DNA from: an uncultured Corynebacterium sp.
Lineage (GTDB): Bacteria > Actinomycetota > Actinomycetes > Mycobacteriales > Mycobacteriaceae
DNA: 64,000 nt
Direction: 5' to 3'
Assembly: GCF_946222985.1 (NCBI RefSeq)
Contig: NZ_CAMIFY010000002.1
Coordinates: 21,938 to 85,937, forward strand
This document shows, piece by piece, positions 50,148 to 59,638 of the stretch. How positions within the stretch are numbered: position 1 is the stretch's first letter; each line of letters begins with the position of its first letter. A program made the translations under genes and the position numbers. Under the pieces are notes generated by a model. The model was not told where the DNA came from and searched no databases. It was given only the letters and a program-made list of their open reading frames with translations.

Positions 50148-51253
50148 CTCTCGCGGGCCTTGCGCGCCGCAGATTTGGCGTCGCGGTCGACCAGCAGGCC
50201 ACCCGGGGTGGCGGAGCCGGCCGAGGCGCGGATGCGCGACGACCGGTTGGAGTCGTCGCCGTGACCGTCGTCCTTGGCGGTGCCGTGGGAATCGTCGTGG
50301 TCCCCGCCGTGGCCCTTGCCGTGACCGAAGGGCAGGAAGTGCATGACGGCGACGAGGATCGCGCCCCAGATCGCGCCGATGACCAGCGAGCACAACGTGT
50401 TGACGCACCAGGCGAGGAAGCCCGCCGGCACGAGGGTTTCGAGGTGGTGGACGAACTCGTAGGGCGCGTGCCAGCCCAGCTCGTCGACGCCGACGAGGAT
50501 GATGTGGCCGCCGACCCACAACATGGCGAAGGTGCCGATGATCCCGATGATCGACAACACCACCGGCATCGCCTTGACCAGGCCCGAACCGAACTTGCCG
50601 GCGGCGCCGTCGCTGCGCTTGGCCATCGCCAGGCCGATGTCATCCATCTTCACCAGCAGGCCGACGACGCCGTAGACCAGCAGCGTGATCGCCAGGGCGA
50701 CGACGATGAGGATGATCGCGCGCCGGACGAACGGCTCGTTGGCCACCTCGTTGAGCGAGATGACCATGATCTCCGCCGACAGGATCAGGTCCGTGAAGAT
50801 CGCCGACTTCACCAGCGAATCCTCGTCCGCCGGCTCGCGGTCGAGGGCCTCGGCCTCGCGGGCGGCCTTCTCCTCCGGCGTCTCCTTCGACAGCTTGTGG
50901 GAGATCTTCTCCCACACCTTCTCCATGCCCTCGAAGCACAGGTAGGAGCCGCCGAGCATGAGGATCGGGGTGAGCACCCACGGGAGGAACTGCGACAGCA
51001 GCAGGGCGATCGGCAGGATGATCACCAGCTTGTTGACCAGCGACCCCTTGGCGATGCGCCAGATCATCGGCAGCTCGCGCTTGGGCTCGATGCCCGTGAC
51101 GTACTGCGGCGTCACCGCGGCGTCGTCGATGACGACGCCGGCGGCCTTCGCCCCGGCCTTGCCGGTGGCCGCGGCGATGTCGTCGGCCGATGCCGCGGCC
51201 GCGCGCGCGAGGGCGGCGACGTCGTCGAGCAGTGCCGCGAGACCGCCGCTCAT
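50144..51253 (-). CDS. DUF808 family membrane protein (YedI-like)
   Basis: Architecture and conserved N-terminal LAALLDDVAALA block of DUF808; His/Gly/Asp-rich C-terminal tail. Confidence 0.6.
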   Translation of the reverse strand: MSGGLAALLDDVAALARAAAASADDIAAATGKAGAKAAGVVIDDAAVTPQYVTGIEPKRELPMIWRIAKGSLVNKLVIILPIALLLSQFLPWVLTPILMLGGSYLCFEGMEKVWEKISHKLSKETPEEKAAREAEALDREPADEDSLVKSAIFTDLILSAEIMVISLNEVANEPFVRRAIILIVVALAITLLVYGVVGLLVKMDDIGLAMAKRSDGAAGKFGSGLVKAMPVVLSIIGIIGTFAMLWVGGHIILVGVDELGWHAPYEFVHHLETLVPAGFLAWCVNTLCSLVIGAIWGAILVAVMHFLPFGHGKGHGGDHDDSHGTAKDDGHGDDSNRSSRIRASAGSATPGGLLVDRDAKSAARKARES

Positions 51254-51388
51254 CGGATCGCTCCGCGGACGCAAACCTGAGTGCTTCGCAAGTTCATGCA
51301 CGGCAGTCTATGCGGGCGGGGGCGACGAGGCCGGATTGCCGCGTGATTCGAACGCGTGGGATGTCGAGGCTCGGTAACGTGGGCGCCC

Positions 51389-51883
51389 ATGCGATGGACC
51401 CCCGCTCAGTTGAAGCGCTTCATGTGGTTGTGGCCCCCGTACCTGGGTGCCGGCGTGCGCATCGAGGAAGCCGCCGACGACGGCACGAAGATCGTCGTCA
51501 AGCACCGTTTGCGGCCGTGGTACACCAACGCCGTGGGCACCGTCTTCGGCGGCACGATGCAGTCGATGACGGATCCCTTCTTCATGATCCTGGCGCTGCA
51601 CCAGCTCGGAAAGGGCTACCGGGTCTGGGACGTCGAGGCCGGCATCGAGTTCCTCAAGCCCGGTCGCGGCACCGTTCGCGCCATCATCGAGATGCCCGCC
51701 GAGGTCATCGAGGAGGTTCGTCGCGAGATCGCGGGCGGTGACAAGCACCTGCGCTGGTTCGAATGCGACATCGTCGACGAAGAAGGCGATGTCGTGGCGA
51801 AGGTGCGCAAGCGCCTGTACTTCCGGAAGTCGAAGCCGAAGGCTCAGCCGGGGCCGAAGCCGGAGCCGGGCCAGGCCGCGTAG
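51389..51883 (+). CDS. DUF4442 (hotdog-fold thioesterase-like) protein
   Basis: PaaI-like hotdog fold pattern ... NAVGTVFGGTMQSMTDP. Confidence 0.55.
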   Translation: MRWTPAQLKRFMWLWPPYLGAGVRIEEAADDGTKIVVKHRLRPWYTNAVGTVFGGTMQSMTDPFFMILALHQLGKGYRVWDVEAGIEFLKPGRGTVRAIIEMPAEVIEEVRREIAGGDKHLRWFECDIVDEEGDVVAKVRKRLYFRKSKPKAQPGPKPEPGQAA

Positions 51884-51941
51884 GCGGCGTAGACGTCGCG
51901 GCCGGGTGAATCCGCCGCGGATCATGGCATGATCGGGAACC

Positions 51942-52757
51942 ATGAACGAGCAGGAGAACCAGCCCGAACGCCTTGACCTGCAGCCGGGGCCGCAGCCCGG
52001 CTCGCAACCCGACCCGCACGGGGCCCCCGAAGCCGATCCGCTGCGCGTCCCCGACGACCCGTCGCAGATGACTTCGCGCCGCCCGTCCTTCGCCGACACC
52101 TACCGGTCGGTGCAGACGGCCAACGAGGAACAGGTCGTCGACGACCCCGAGGAGCGGCCCACGACCGCGTTCGTCGTCGTCGACGCCCAGAACGACTTTT
52201 CCGAGGGCGGATCGCTCGCCGTCGACGGTGCGATCGCGGCGTACCGCGCCACGAACACGCACCTGGCCGGCCGCGCGGGCAAGTACGCCGTGCTCGCGAC
52301 CACCCGCGACAACCACATCGACCCCGGCTCGCACTGGTCGGACGAGCCCGACTTCGTCGACTCCTGGCCGCGTCATTGCGCGGCCGGGGAGTCGGGCGCG
52401 GAGATCCACCCGGAGATGATCCGGGCGCTCGACTACTTCGCCAGGATCAACCCCCAGGCGGTGCGCATCGACGTCACCAAGGGCGAGTTCGAGGCCGCCT
52501 ACTCCGGATTCGAGGGCAAGACCGAGGCGGACGTGTCGCTCGCCGACGCCCTGCGGGCGGCCGAGGTCACGCACCTGGAGGTCGTCGGCGTGGCCACCGA
52601 CCACTGCGTGCGGGCCACCGTCCTCGATGCCCTGCGGGAAGGCTTCGAGGTCACGGTGCACGCGAACCAGATCGCCGCGGTCGACGAGAACCGCGGGATC
52701 GCCGCACTGCGCGAGATGGAAGAGGCCGGGGCGGACATCGTCGGAGCCCAGCTCTGA
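51942..52757 (+). CDS. pncA: isochorismatase-family cysteine hydrolase, nicotinamidase/pyrazinamidase-like
   Basis: VVVDAQNDF start of fold, catalytic Cys in VATDHCV, Lys in triad; N-terminal Pro/Gln-rich extension. Confidence 0.7.
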   Translation: MNEQENQPERLDLQPGPQPGSQPDPHGAPEADPLRVPDDPSQMTSRRPSFADTYRSVQTANEEQVVDDPEERPTTAFVVVDAQNDFSEGGSLAVDGAIAAYRATNTHLAGRAGKYAVLATTRDNHIDPGSHWSDEPDFVDSWPRHCAAGESGAEIHPEMIRALDYFARINPQAVRIDVTKGEFEAAYSGFEGKTEADVSLADALRAAEVTHLEVVGVATDHCVRATVLDALREGFEVTVHANQIAAVDENRGIAALREMEEAGADIVGAQL

Positions 52758-52881
52758 CGGCGGCCTCATCGTTTCGCCGTTAAACTGATCCGGAACCCGC
52801 GGCGCGGTCGGTGAACGGCGGCACCCGGGCCACCCCGGATCCATCCCGGCTCCACCCCGACGGAAACGAAGGAAACCATTC

Positions 52882-53541
52882 ATGACCACTCCCAACGACG
52901 GTTCCCGCGACGGCGCGGGCGACCCGTTCAACAACGATCCCTTCGGCGACTCGAACTCCCCGGGCCCGAACTCGAATGGCCCGGACGGCGCCGGCTCGGG
53001 CTCCGGCTCCGGAGGTTTCGAGCAGGGGGGTTACGGCCAGGGGAGCTACGGCCAGGATGGTTCCGGCCAGGGTGGTTACCAGCAAGGCGATTACGGCCAG
53101 GGCGGTTACGGCCAAGACGGCTACGGCCAGAGTGGCTACGGCCAGGGTGGTTACGAGCAGGGCGGTTACGGTGCGGCCGGAAACGGTGGCGCCGGGTACG
53201 GCGGCGGTTACGGCGCGGGCGGATTCGCGCAGGGCGGTTACGGCGCCCCGGGGCCCGCGGGCGAGAAGCCCCCGAATCACCTCGTGCCCTCGATCTTCGC
53301 CACCATCGGCGGGTTCCTGTTCTGCTGCCTGCTCGGCCTGCCCGCCGGCATCGCGGCGATCATGTTCGGCAACAAGGTCGATTCGCTGTGGAACATGGGC
53401 GATCGGCAGGGTGCGCAGGCGGCCTCGGAGAAGGCGAAGCTGTGGATGATGGTCGCGGCCGGCCTCGCCGCCCTGGGCCTCATCGCCAACATCATCATCT
53501 TCGCCTCCGGCGGATTCGACGTGTACATGAACACGTACTGA
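52882..53541 (+). CDS. CD225/dispanin family membrane protein with N-terminal (Q/D)GGYGQ repeat region
   Basis: C-terminal two-TM CD225 core (FATIGGFLFCCLLGLPAGIAAIMFGNKV); N-terminus of ~20 GYGQ-type repeats encoded by tandem DNA repeats 52990-53260. Confidence 0.7.
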   Translation: MTTPNDGSRDGAGDPFNNDPFGDSNSPGPNSNGPDGAGSGSGSGGFEQGGYGQGSYGQDGSGQGGYQQGDYGQGGYGQDGYGQSGYGQGGYEQGGYGAAGNGGAGYGGGYGAGGFAQGGYGAPGPAGEKPPNHLVPSIFATIGGFLFCCLLGLPAGIAAIMFGNKVDSLWNMGDRQGAQAASEKAKLWMMVAAGLAALGLIANIIIFASGGFDVYMNTY

Positions 53542-53545
53542 CCGA

Positions 53546-54073
53546 ATGATGGACCACCGCCCCGACGATCACGGACACGCGCACGCGACCGGCCACGCGC
53601 ACGCGCCCGATCACGCTCACCCGCATGCCCATGTCGGCTCGGTGAGCGCGGCGGATCGGGCGGGAACCTGGCTGGCGACGTCGCCGGCGGGGCCGCTGCT
53701 GGTCGGCGCGGGCGCGGTGTGCGGTTGCGCGGCATTGGCGATCGCGGACCCGACGACCCCGGGCGGCCCGACCCCGGTGTGCCCGACCAAGGCGCTGCTG
53801 GGCATCACCTGCCCCGGGTGCGGCACCGCGCGGATGCTCTATTCGCTGGTGCACTTCGACCTGACCGGTGCGATCCGATACAACGCGGTGGCGCTCGTGT
53901 TCGTCGTGCTGCTGGTCTGGGCGTGGGTCACGTGGTTGGCGCGGACCCTGGGCAAACGCTTGCCGACGTGGACCCGGTGGAAGTGGTTGCCCCACGCCGT
54001 CGTCGGCGTTCTCGTGGTGTGGATGATCGTGCGCTTGCTGCCGTTCGCACCGTTCACGGCGCTACACGTCTGA
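53546..54073 (+). CDS. DUF2752 domain protein with His-rich N-terminus
   Basis: CPTKALLGITCPGCGTAR motif typical of DUF2752; HGHAHATGHAHAPDHAHPHAH N-terminal. Confidence 0.7.
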   Translation: MMDHRPDDHGHAHATGHAHAPDHAHPHAHVGSVSAADRAGTWLATSPAGPLLVGAGAVCGCAALAIADPTTPGGPTPVCPTKALLGITCPGCGTARMLYSLVHFDLTGAIRYNAVALVFVVLLVWAWVTWLARTLGKRLPTWTRWKWLPHAVVGVLVVWMIVRLLPFAPFTALHV

Positions 54074-54117
54074 CGGCTGCCCGCGGATTTGCGGGAGGGG
54101 GCGGGGCATTCCCCGTT

Positions 54118-54687
54118 TCAGTCGAACAGGACGTCCGACAGCGCCACCGGGGAAATGTCCCCGTGCAGGCGAGAGGTCTCCACGTACTTCGCGGCGTGGT
54201 GGATGAAGCCCTCCACCGTGGCGTCGTCGAGTTCGCGGCGGACCTTCGCCGGCACACCGGCGGCCAACGATCGCGGGGGAATCTCCTGGCCCTCCAGGAC
54301 CACTGCGCCGGCCGCGATCAGGGAGCCAGCTCCGACCACCGAATGCGACAGCAGCGCCGACTTCATGCCCACCAGCGTGCCGTCGCCGACCGTCGTGCCA
54401 TGGATCAGGGCCATGTGACCGACGGTGACGTCGTCGCCGAGCACGGTTTCGGCGTCGGCGTCGACGTGGATCGTCGAATTGTCCTGGATGTTGGTGCGGG
54501 CGCCGATGCGGATCGAATTGATGTCGCCGCGAAGCACCGATCCGTAGAACACCGACGCATCGGGGCCGATTTCCACGTCGCCGATGATGACGGCGCCCGG
54601 GGCGATCCACGCCGACCGGTGGATGCGCGGGGTCTTGCCGTTGCAGGGGAGGATCAGGGGGCTCGGGGAGTGGGAATGCTCGTTCAT
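54118..54687 (-). CDS. gamma-carbonic anhydrase family (hexapeptide-repeat, YrdA/PaaY-like) protein
   Basis: Left-handed beta-helix hexapeptide repeats, His ligands (IHVDAD, HMALIHG); ATG 54687. Confidence 0.8.
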   Translation of the reverse strand: MNEHSHSPSPLILPCNGKTPRIHRSAWIAPGAVIIGDVEIGPDASVFYGSVLRGDINSIRIGARTNIQDNSTIHVDADAETVLGDDVTVGHMALIHGTTVGDGTLVGMKSALLSHSVVGAGSLIAAGAVVLEGQEIPPRSLAAGVPAKVRRELDDATVEGFIHHAAKYVETSRLHGDISPVALSDVLFD

Positions 54688-54818
54688 GGGGCCAGTGTGC
54701 CGCAGAACGATCGCCCGGCGGCGGGAGACGAACCAGGTGGGGGAGGGCGAGACCCCGGCCGGACCCGTGGGGGACTCGGCCGACACTCGGCCCGGACCCG
54801 GACCCGGACCCGGCCCGG

Positions 54819-55481
54819 CTACACCGGCAGGCCCGCGCTGCGGCGGCGGTGCCGGTTCCACAGGGCAGCGGCCGTGCCTCCGATGATCATCACCGTGACC
54901 ACCCACACCGCCTTGAGCCCGATGACGGTGAACGCCCAGCCGCCGAAGATCGCGCCGAGGGCGAGCGACAGCCAGAGCAGGAAGTACCCGATCCAATCGG
55001 AATGCGAACCGCCGAAGAAAGCCCCGACGAACCGCTGGGACATCTTCACCAGGGTGCCGGTCATGTAGGTCAGCGAGACGGAGACCTCCCCGTTTCGTTC
55101 GAAGATGCTGTTCATGGCGCCGACGGTGAACGACAGGCTCAACACGGCCGGAAGCTCCGCGCCGGTGACCACCCACACCGAGGCGATCGTCGCGGTGAGG
55201 CAAATGAACAGCAGCACCGCCTCGCGCGGACGGGTCGGCGGCAGATGACGGTGAGCCAGTCGGCTGATCAGAGCGCCGATCATGACCCCGACGAGGAACA
55301 GCGCCATCACCCCGGCGGCCTTGCCCGCGACGGGCCAGGCGCCCTCGGCGGCCGCCGCGGTCATCCGCGTGGTGTTGCCGGACATGAACGACAGGAAGAA
55401 TCCGCCCAGGTACAGGAAGCCGAGCGCGTCGATGAACCCCGTGATGGATGACAGGTACACGGCGAGCGCCCGCTCGCCCAT
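54819..55481 (-). CDS. YoaK family (DUF1275) membrane protein
   Basis: Six TM, conserved FMSGNTTR motif; ATG 55481. Confidence 0.65.
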   Translation of the reverse strand: MGERALAVYLSSITGFIDALGFLYLGGFFLSFMSGNTTRMTAAAAEGAWPVAGKAAGVMALFLVGVMIGALISRLAHRHLPPTRPREAVLLFICLTATIASVWVVTGAELPAVLSLSFTVGAMNSIFERNGEVSVSLTYMTGTLVKMSQRFVGAFFGGSHSDWIGYFLLWLSLALGAIFGGWAFTVIGLKAVWVVTVMIIGGTAAALWNRHRRRSAGLPV

Positions 55482-55659
55482 GCGATAACCCTCCACTGCC
55501 GCCTCGTCTCCCTTCGAAGATGTTCGCTCCACCTCCGGATCCTCGCGCCCGGAACATGCGGACCTTATCCCACCGGAAGACCGTGGGAATACGATTTCCC
55601 GGCGCACCCCGCCCGCTAAAGTCGTCATGCAACCATCACTTTCAGGGAAGGCTCTCCGG

Positions 55660-57546
55660 ATGAATCCGCAGGATTCCGATACCGCGACACCACCGACGTC
55701 CGCATCCGCGCCGTCCGCCTCTACGCCCGACACGGCGACCGGCGCGACGCCCGACACGACCGCCAAGAAAGAGAAGAAGTTCGGCTGGCTGAAAACCGAC
55801 CCGCTGATCTTCTTCGCTTCGGTCGGTTTCATCCTTCTGTTCGTCGTCGCCACCGTCGTGCTCGGCGAGACCGCACGTGAGGCGTATTCCACGGCCTCCG
55901 AGTGGGTCACCGGCAACCTCGGCTGGCTGTTCATCGGCGGCGTCTCGGCCGCGTTGATCTACCTGATCGGCGTGTTCGTCTCTCGCTACGGCAATCTCAA
56001 GCTCGGCGACGACGACGAGGAACCGGAGTACTCGATCACCGAGTGGTTCGGCATGCTCTTCGCCGGCGGCACCGGTTCGATGCTGATGTTCTGGGGCGTC
56101 GCCGAGCCGATGAACCACGCGATCAACTCGCCACGCAACCTCGAGCCGATGAGCATCGAGGCCCGCCAGGAGGCGATGGCCTTCACCATCTACCACCTGG
56201 GCGTCCACATGTGGGTCATCATGACGCTGCCGGGACTGGCCCTGGGCTACTTCATCTACAAGCGCAAGCTGCCGCCGCGGGTGTCGTCGATCTTCGCACC
56301 GCTGCTGGGCGAGAAGATCTACAAGTGGCCCGGCAAGCTCATCGACGCCGTCGCGATCATCGGCACGGTCTTCGGCATCGCCGTGTCGGTGGGCATGGGC
56401 GCGATGCAGATCAACTCGGGGGCCTCGCGCGTGCTGGGGTTGCCGGAGAACTCCATGATCCAGTTGCTGCTCATCGCGGCGATCATCATCGTCGCGTCGA
56501 TCTCCGTCGCCCGCGGCCTGGACAAGGGCATCAAGCTGCTGTCCAACGTCAACATCTGGATGGCCGTCGTCCTGATGGCGTTCGTCCTGCTGGCGGGCCC
56601 GACGCTGACGTTGCTCAAGCAGGTCGTCGACACCGTGGGCATCTACGCACACGAGCTGCCGCGGATCATGTTCTGGACCGATTCCTACGACCTCAACCCC
56701 GAGTGGTCGCAGGGCACGTGGACCGTCTTCTACTGGGCGTGGACCATCTGCTGGTCGCCGTTCGTCGGCATGTTCCTGGCCCGCATCTCGCGGGGCCGCA
56801 CGGTGCGCCAGTTCATCGCCGGCGTCATCGCCCTGCCGACGATCTTCGTGATCGTCTGGTTCTCCGTCTTCGGCCGGGCCGGTTTCGAGTTGGAGGCCTC
56901 GCAGCCGGGCGTGCTGTCCGAGCCGGTCGTCGAGGGCGGCGACCCGTCGCCGGCGTTGTTCATCCTGCTCGAGCAGTACCCGTTGGCGACGCTGATGAGC
57001 GTGTTCGCGTTGCTGATCATCATGATCTTCTTCGTCACCTCCATCGACTCGGCGGCGATGGTCACCGACATGATGTCGACCGGCGAGGAGAACAAGGCGC
57101 CGACGACGTACCGCATCCTGTGGGGCGTCATGATCGGCGCGGTCGCCGGCGCGATGCTCGTCATCACCGGCGAGGGCGGGATCCTGGCGTTGCAGGAGGT
57201 CGTGATCCTCATCGGCGTGCCGTTCTTCTTCATGCACTTCGTCATGATGTGGTCGCTGGTCAAGGGAATGAGCGACGACCACATGGCCGTCCACCGGCCG
57301 AAGACGCGCCGGTGGAAGAAGACCGACACTCCGGAGAAGCTCGCCGCCCACGAGGCGGCCCCGGCCCCGGGTTACGACGAGGACGGCAACGAGCTGCCGC
57401 CCATCGAGTACACCTACGACGAGGACGGCACCCTGGTCATCGCCGGTGACGTGCGCATCGAAGGCGACCTGCGCCGCGACGAGGGGGACCCCGACGAGGA
57501 CACCCCGCCGACCGTTCCCGCGGATCGCCTGGAGCCCCCGAAGTAG
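55660..57546 (+). CDS. BCCT family betaine/carnitine/choline transporter
   Basis: BCCT conserved Trp-rich segment (FYWAWTICWSPFVGMFLARISRGRT), 12 TM, acidic C-terminal tail. Confidence 0.85.
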   Translation: MNPQDSDTATPPTSASAPSASTPDTATGATPDTTAKKEKKFGWLKTDPLIFFASVGFILLFVVATVVLGETAREAYSTASEWVTGNLGWLFIGGVSAALIYLIGVFVSRYGNLKLGDDDEEPEYSITEWFGMLFAGGTGSMLMFWGVAEPMNHAINSPRNLEPMSIEARQEAMAFTIYHLGVHMWVIMTLPGLALGYFIYKRKLPPRVSSIFAPLLGEKIYKWPGKLIDAVAIIGTVFGIAVSVGMGAMQINSGASRVLGLPENSMIQLLLIAAIIIVASISVARGLDKGIKLLSNVNIWMAVVLMAFVLLAGPTLTLLKQVVDTVGIYAHELPRIMFWTDSYDLNPEWSQGTWTVFYWAWTICWSPFVGMFLARISRGRTVRQFIAGVIALPTIFVIVWFSVFGRAGFELEASQPGVLSEPVVEGGDPSPALFILLEQYPLATLMSVFALLIIMIFFVTSIDSAAMVTDMMSTGEENKAPTTYRILWGVMIGAVAGAMLVITGEGGILALQEVVILIGVPFFFMHFVMMWSLVKGMSDDHMAVHRPKTRRWKKTDTPEKLAAHEAAPAPGYDEDGNELPPIEYTYDEDGTLVIAGDVRIEGDLRRDEGDPDEDTPPTVPADRLEPPK

Positions 57547-57601
57547 CGCATCGATTGCTTTTCGACGCGCGCGTTCCCGACCGAGCCGTTAGGTTTCGGG
57601 C

Positions 57602-58618
57602 GTGCGTACGACGATCGAGCCCGAACCGCCGTTGACCGACGGAGTGCCCTTCTCCGTCCGGGCGACCGTGGCGGCCGAGGCGATCGGCCGCCTGCCGGGG
57701 GAGCGTCGCTTCGAGCAGATCAAACGGCACGCCCGCGACGAGAGCGGATTGCGCCCGGTCCTGGTGGGGCCGGGCGATCGCTATGCCGCCATGGACCTCA
57801 TCGGCCGGCGCGCGGACGCCACCGTCATCTTCGTGCCGGGGGCGCGGGCGTTTCTGTCCAACGTCGACAAGTACCTCGACAACATCTTCGCGGTGCGTCG
57901 GTCGATGCGCCGCGAGGTCGGGCCGACGGTGCGCGTGGTCGCCTGGGTCGGCCACGACGTTCCCGGCACCGCGTTCATGTGGACCCACGACGGCACCCGC
58001 GTCTGCGGCGGGGGAGCGGCCCTGGCCGATTTCATCGCCGCGCTGCGGGCCGAGGAGGGCCCGGATCATCGCATCATCCTCGACGGGTTCAGCTTGGGGG
58101 CGTCGATCACCGCGATGGCGGCGATGGTCCTGCGGGCCCGCGGCGAGCCTCCCGTCCACGCGGTGATCATGGGCGGCTGCCCCGGCGTGCCCTACGACGA
58201 CGTGGCGCAGCTGGGCATGCCCGTCGACCGCGTCTTCTCGCACCGCAGCGCCAACGACGTGTGCGGGTGCGGGGTGCTCGGGCACGACCCCCACGACGAC
58301 CGGTTGTCCGTGTGCCTGGACATCCCGATCACCGGCGTCCGCCACGTCCCGCCGAGGGCGATCGAGGGAGGGCCGTTCGAGCGATACGTGGATTTTCTCT
58401 CGGCATTGATCACCGACGGCGACGGTGGCGCGTTCGTCGCAAAGCATCGGCGACGCAGCCGAGTCGAACTCGGCGGAGTCGGATTCCGCCAGCTCAGGCG
58501 ATCGAGGCGCCGCAATCTCGCCCTGTACGGGCCGTTCCTGGAAATGCAGGCGACCCCCGGTGCCCGCAATGTGGTGCCCGTGGCGCGACGGCGGCGCGCA
58601 CGTATGCTGGCGACATGA
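57602..58618 (+). CDS. alpha/beta-hydrolase-like protein (DUF1023-type)
   Basis: GxSxG nucleophile elbow DGFSLGAS; actinobacterial-type hydrolase of unknown function; stop overlaps next start (ATGA). Confidence 0.4.
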   Translation: MRTTIEPEPPLTDGVPFSVRATVAAEAIGRLPGERRFEQIKRHARDESGLRPVLVGPGDRYAAMDLIGRRADATVIFVPGARAFLSNVDKYLDNIFAVRRSMRREVGPTVRVVAWVGHDVPGTAFMWTHDGTRVCGGGAALADFIAALRAEEGPDHRIILDGFSLGASITAMAAMVLRARGEPPVHAVIMGGCPGVPYDDVAQLGMPVDRVFSHRSANDVCGCGVLGHDPHDDRLSVCLDIPITGVRHVPPRAIEGGPFERYVDFLSALITDGDGGAFVAKHRRRSRVELGGVGFRQLRRSRRRNLALYGPFLEMQATPGARNVVPVARRRRARMLAT

Positions 58619-58938
58619 TTTTCATCGTCGTCAAGTTCCCCGTGAAGCCCGAATACGCCGACGAGTGGATGACCCACGTCGCCGACTTCACCGCCGCCAC
58701 CCGCGCCGAAGCCGGCAACAAGTGGTTCGAGTGGTCCCGCTCCGTCGAGGACGCCAACGAGTACGTCCTGGTGGAGGCGTTCGAGGACGACGCCGCCGAG
58801 GCGCACGTCAACTCCGACCATTTCAAGGCGTCCATGGACACCATCCGGCCGCTGCTCACCGAAACCCCGCGCATCGTCTCCCAGACCCTCGAGGGCAAGG
58901 ACGGCTGGGACCGCATGGGCGAGCTGGAGATCAACTGA
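58615..58938 (+). CDS. antibiotic biosynthesis monooxygenase (ABM) family protein
   Basis: 107 aa ferredoxin-like fold MIFIVVKFPVKPEY...; translationally coupled on both sides. Confidence 0.7.
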   Translation: MIFIVVKFPVKPEYADEWMTHVADFTAATRAEAGNKWFEWSRSVEDANEYVLVEAFEDDAAEAHVNSDHFKASMDTIRPLLTETPRIVSQTLEGKDGWDRMGELEIN

Positions 58939-59480
58939 TGCGCGCCACCGGTTTCCGCGCCCGCCGCGGTGCACTGGCCGCCGCGCTCGCCGCCGGCCTG
59001 GCGTTGGCCGGCTGCGGATACGATCCCGGCACCGCCGGCGACCAGCCGGACCTGTCGAACGTCGAGGCCCCGACGGCGGAGGATCCGGACTACGCCCGGC
59101 AGCAGGCCGAACACCTGCTCGCCGACGCCCAGGCGCTGCTGCCGGCCGTCGAGCACATCCAGGAACACGGCGCGGTCACCGGTGAGACGAAATCCGTCGC
59201 CGGTGAACTGCGCGGAATCCTCGAAGCCCAGGACGGTCGGCTCGGCGACGGCGGCGATGGCGCCGCGATGATCACCGACGAGGAAGTCGAGGCGGTCACC
59301 TCCGCGGAAGGCGAGGAGGCCGCGAACGCGTTCGTGGAACTGCTGCGCCGGCAGCTGCCCCGTCTCGAGAGCTCCTGGTCGGATCTGTCGGAGGCCGGGG
59401 ACGCGGAGGTCGCCGACGTCGCCCGCGATTCCGCCGAACGCCTCGGCGCCCTGCGGCCGAAGGTCGACGCGCTGGGCTGA
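58938..59480 (+). CDS. lipoprotein, unknown function
   Basis: Signal peptide with lipobox LALAGCGYD, acidic helical mature region. Confidence 0.55.
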   Translation: MRATGFRARRGALAAALAAGLALAGCGYDPGTAGDQPDLSNVEAPTAEDPDYARQQAEHLLADAQALLPAVEHIQEHGAVTGETKSVAGELRGILEAQDGRLGDGGDGAAMITDEEVEAVTSAEGEEAANAFVELLRRQLPRLESSWSDLSEAGDAEVADVARDSAERLGALRPKVDALG

Positions 59481-59638
59481 TCGCGATGCCCCCGCGGATT
59501 CGGCGCCGGGGCCCGTGCCGTTCGCCGGGGGCGATCGCCATGATTTCATCACCGGTTTTTGCGCGGGGCCGATGAACCGTCGGTAACGTGGTCGGTTGCA
59601 CGTGATCACGATCACCAATTACGGGAGTGAAGCAAAAA

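Noticed and set aside
52990-53260. Tandem GGTTACGGCCAGGGC-type DNA repeats considered as a possible CRISPR or VNTR locus
   Set aside because: The repeats are contiguous with no spacers and lie in frame inside the CD225 protein, where they encode its GYGQ low-complexity region.
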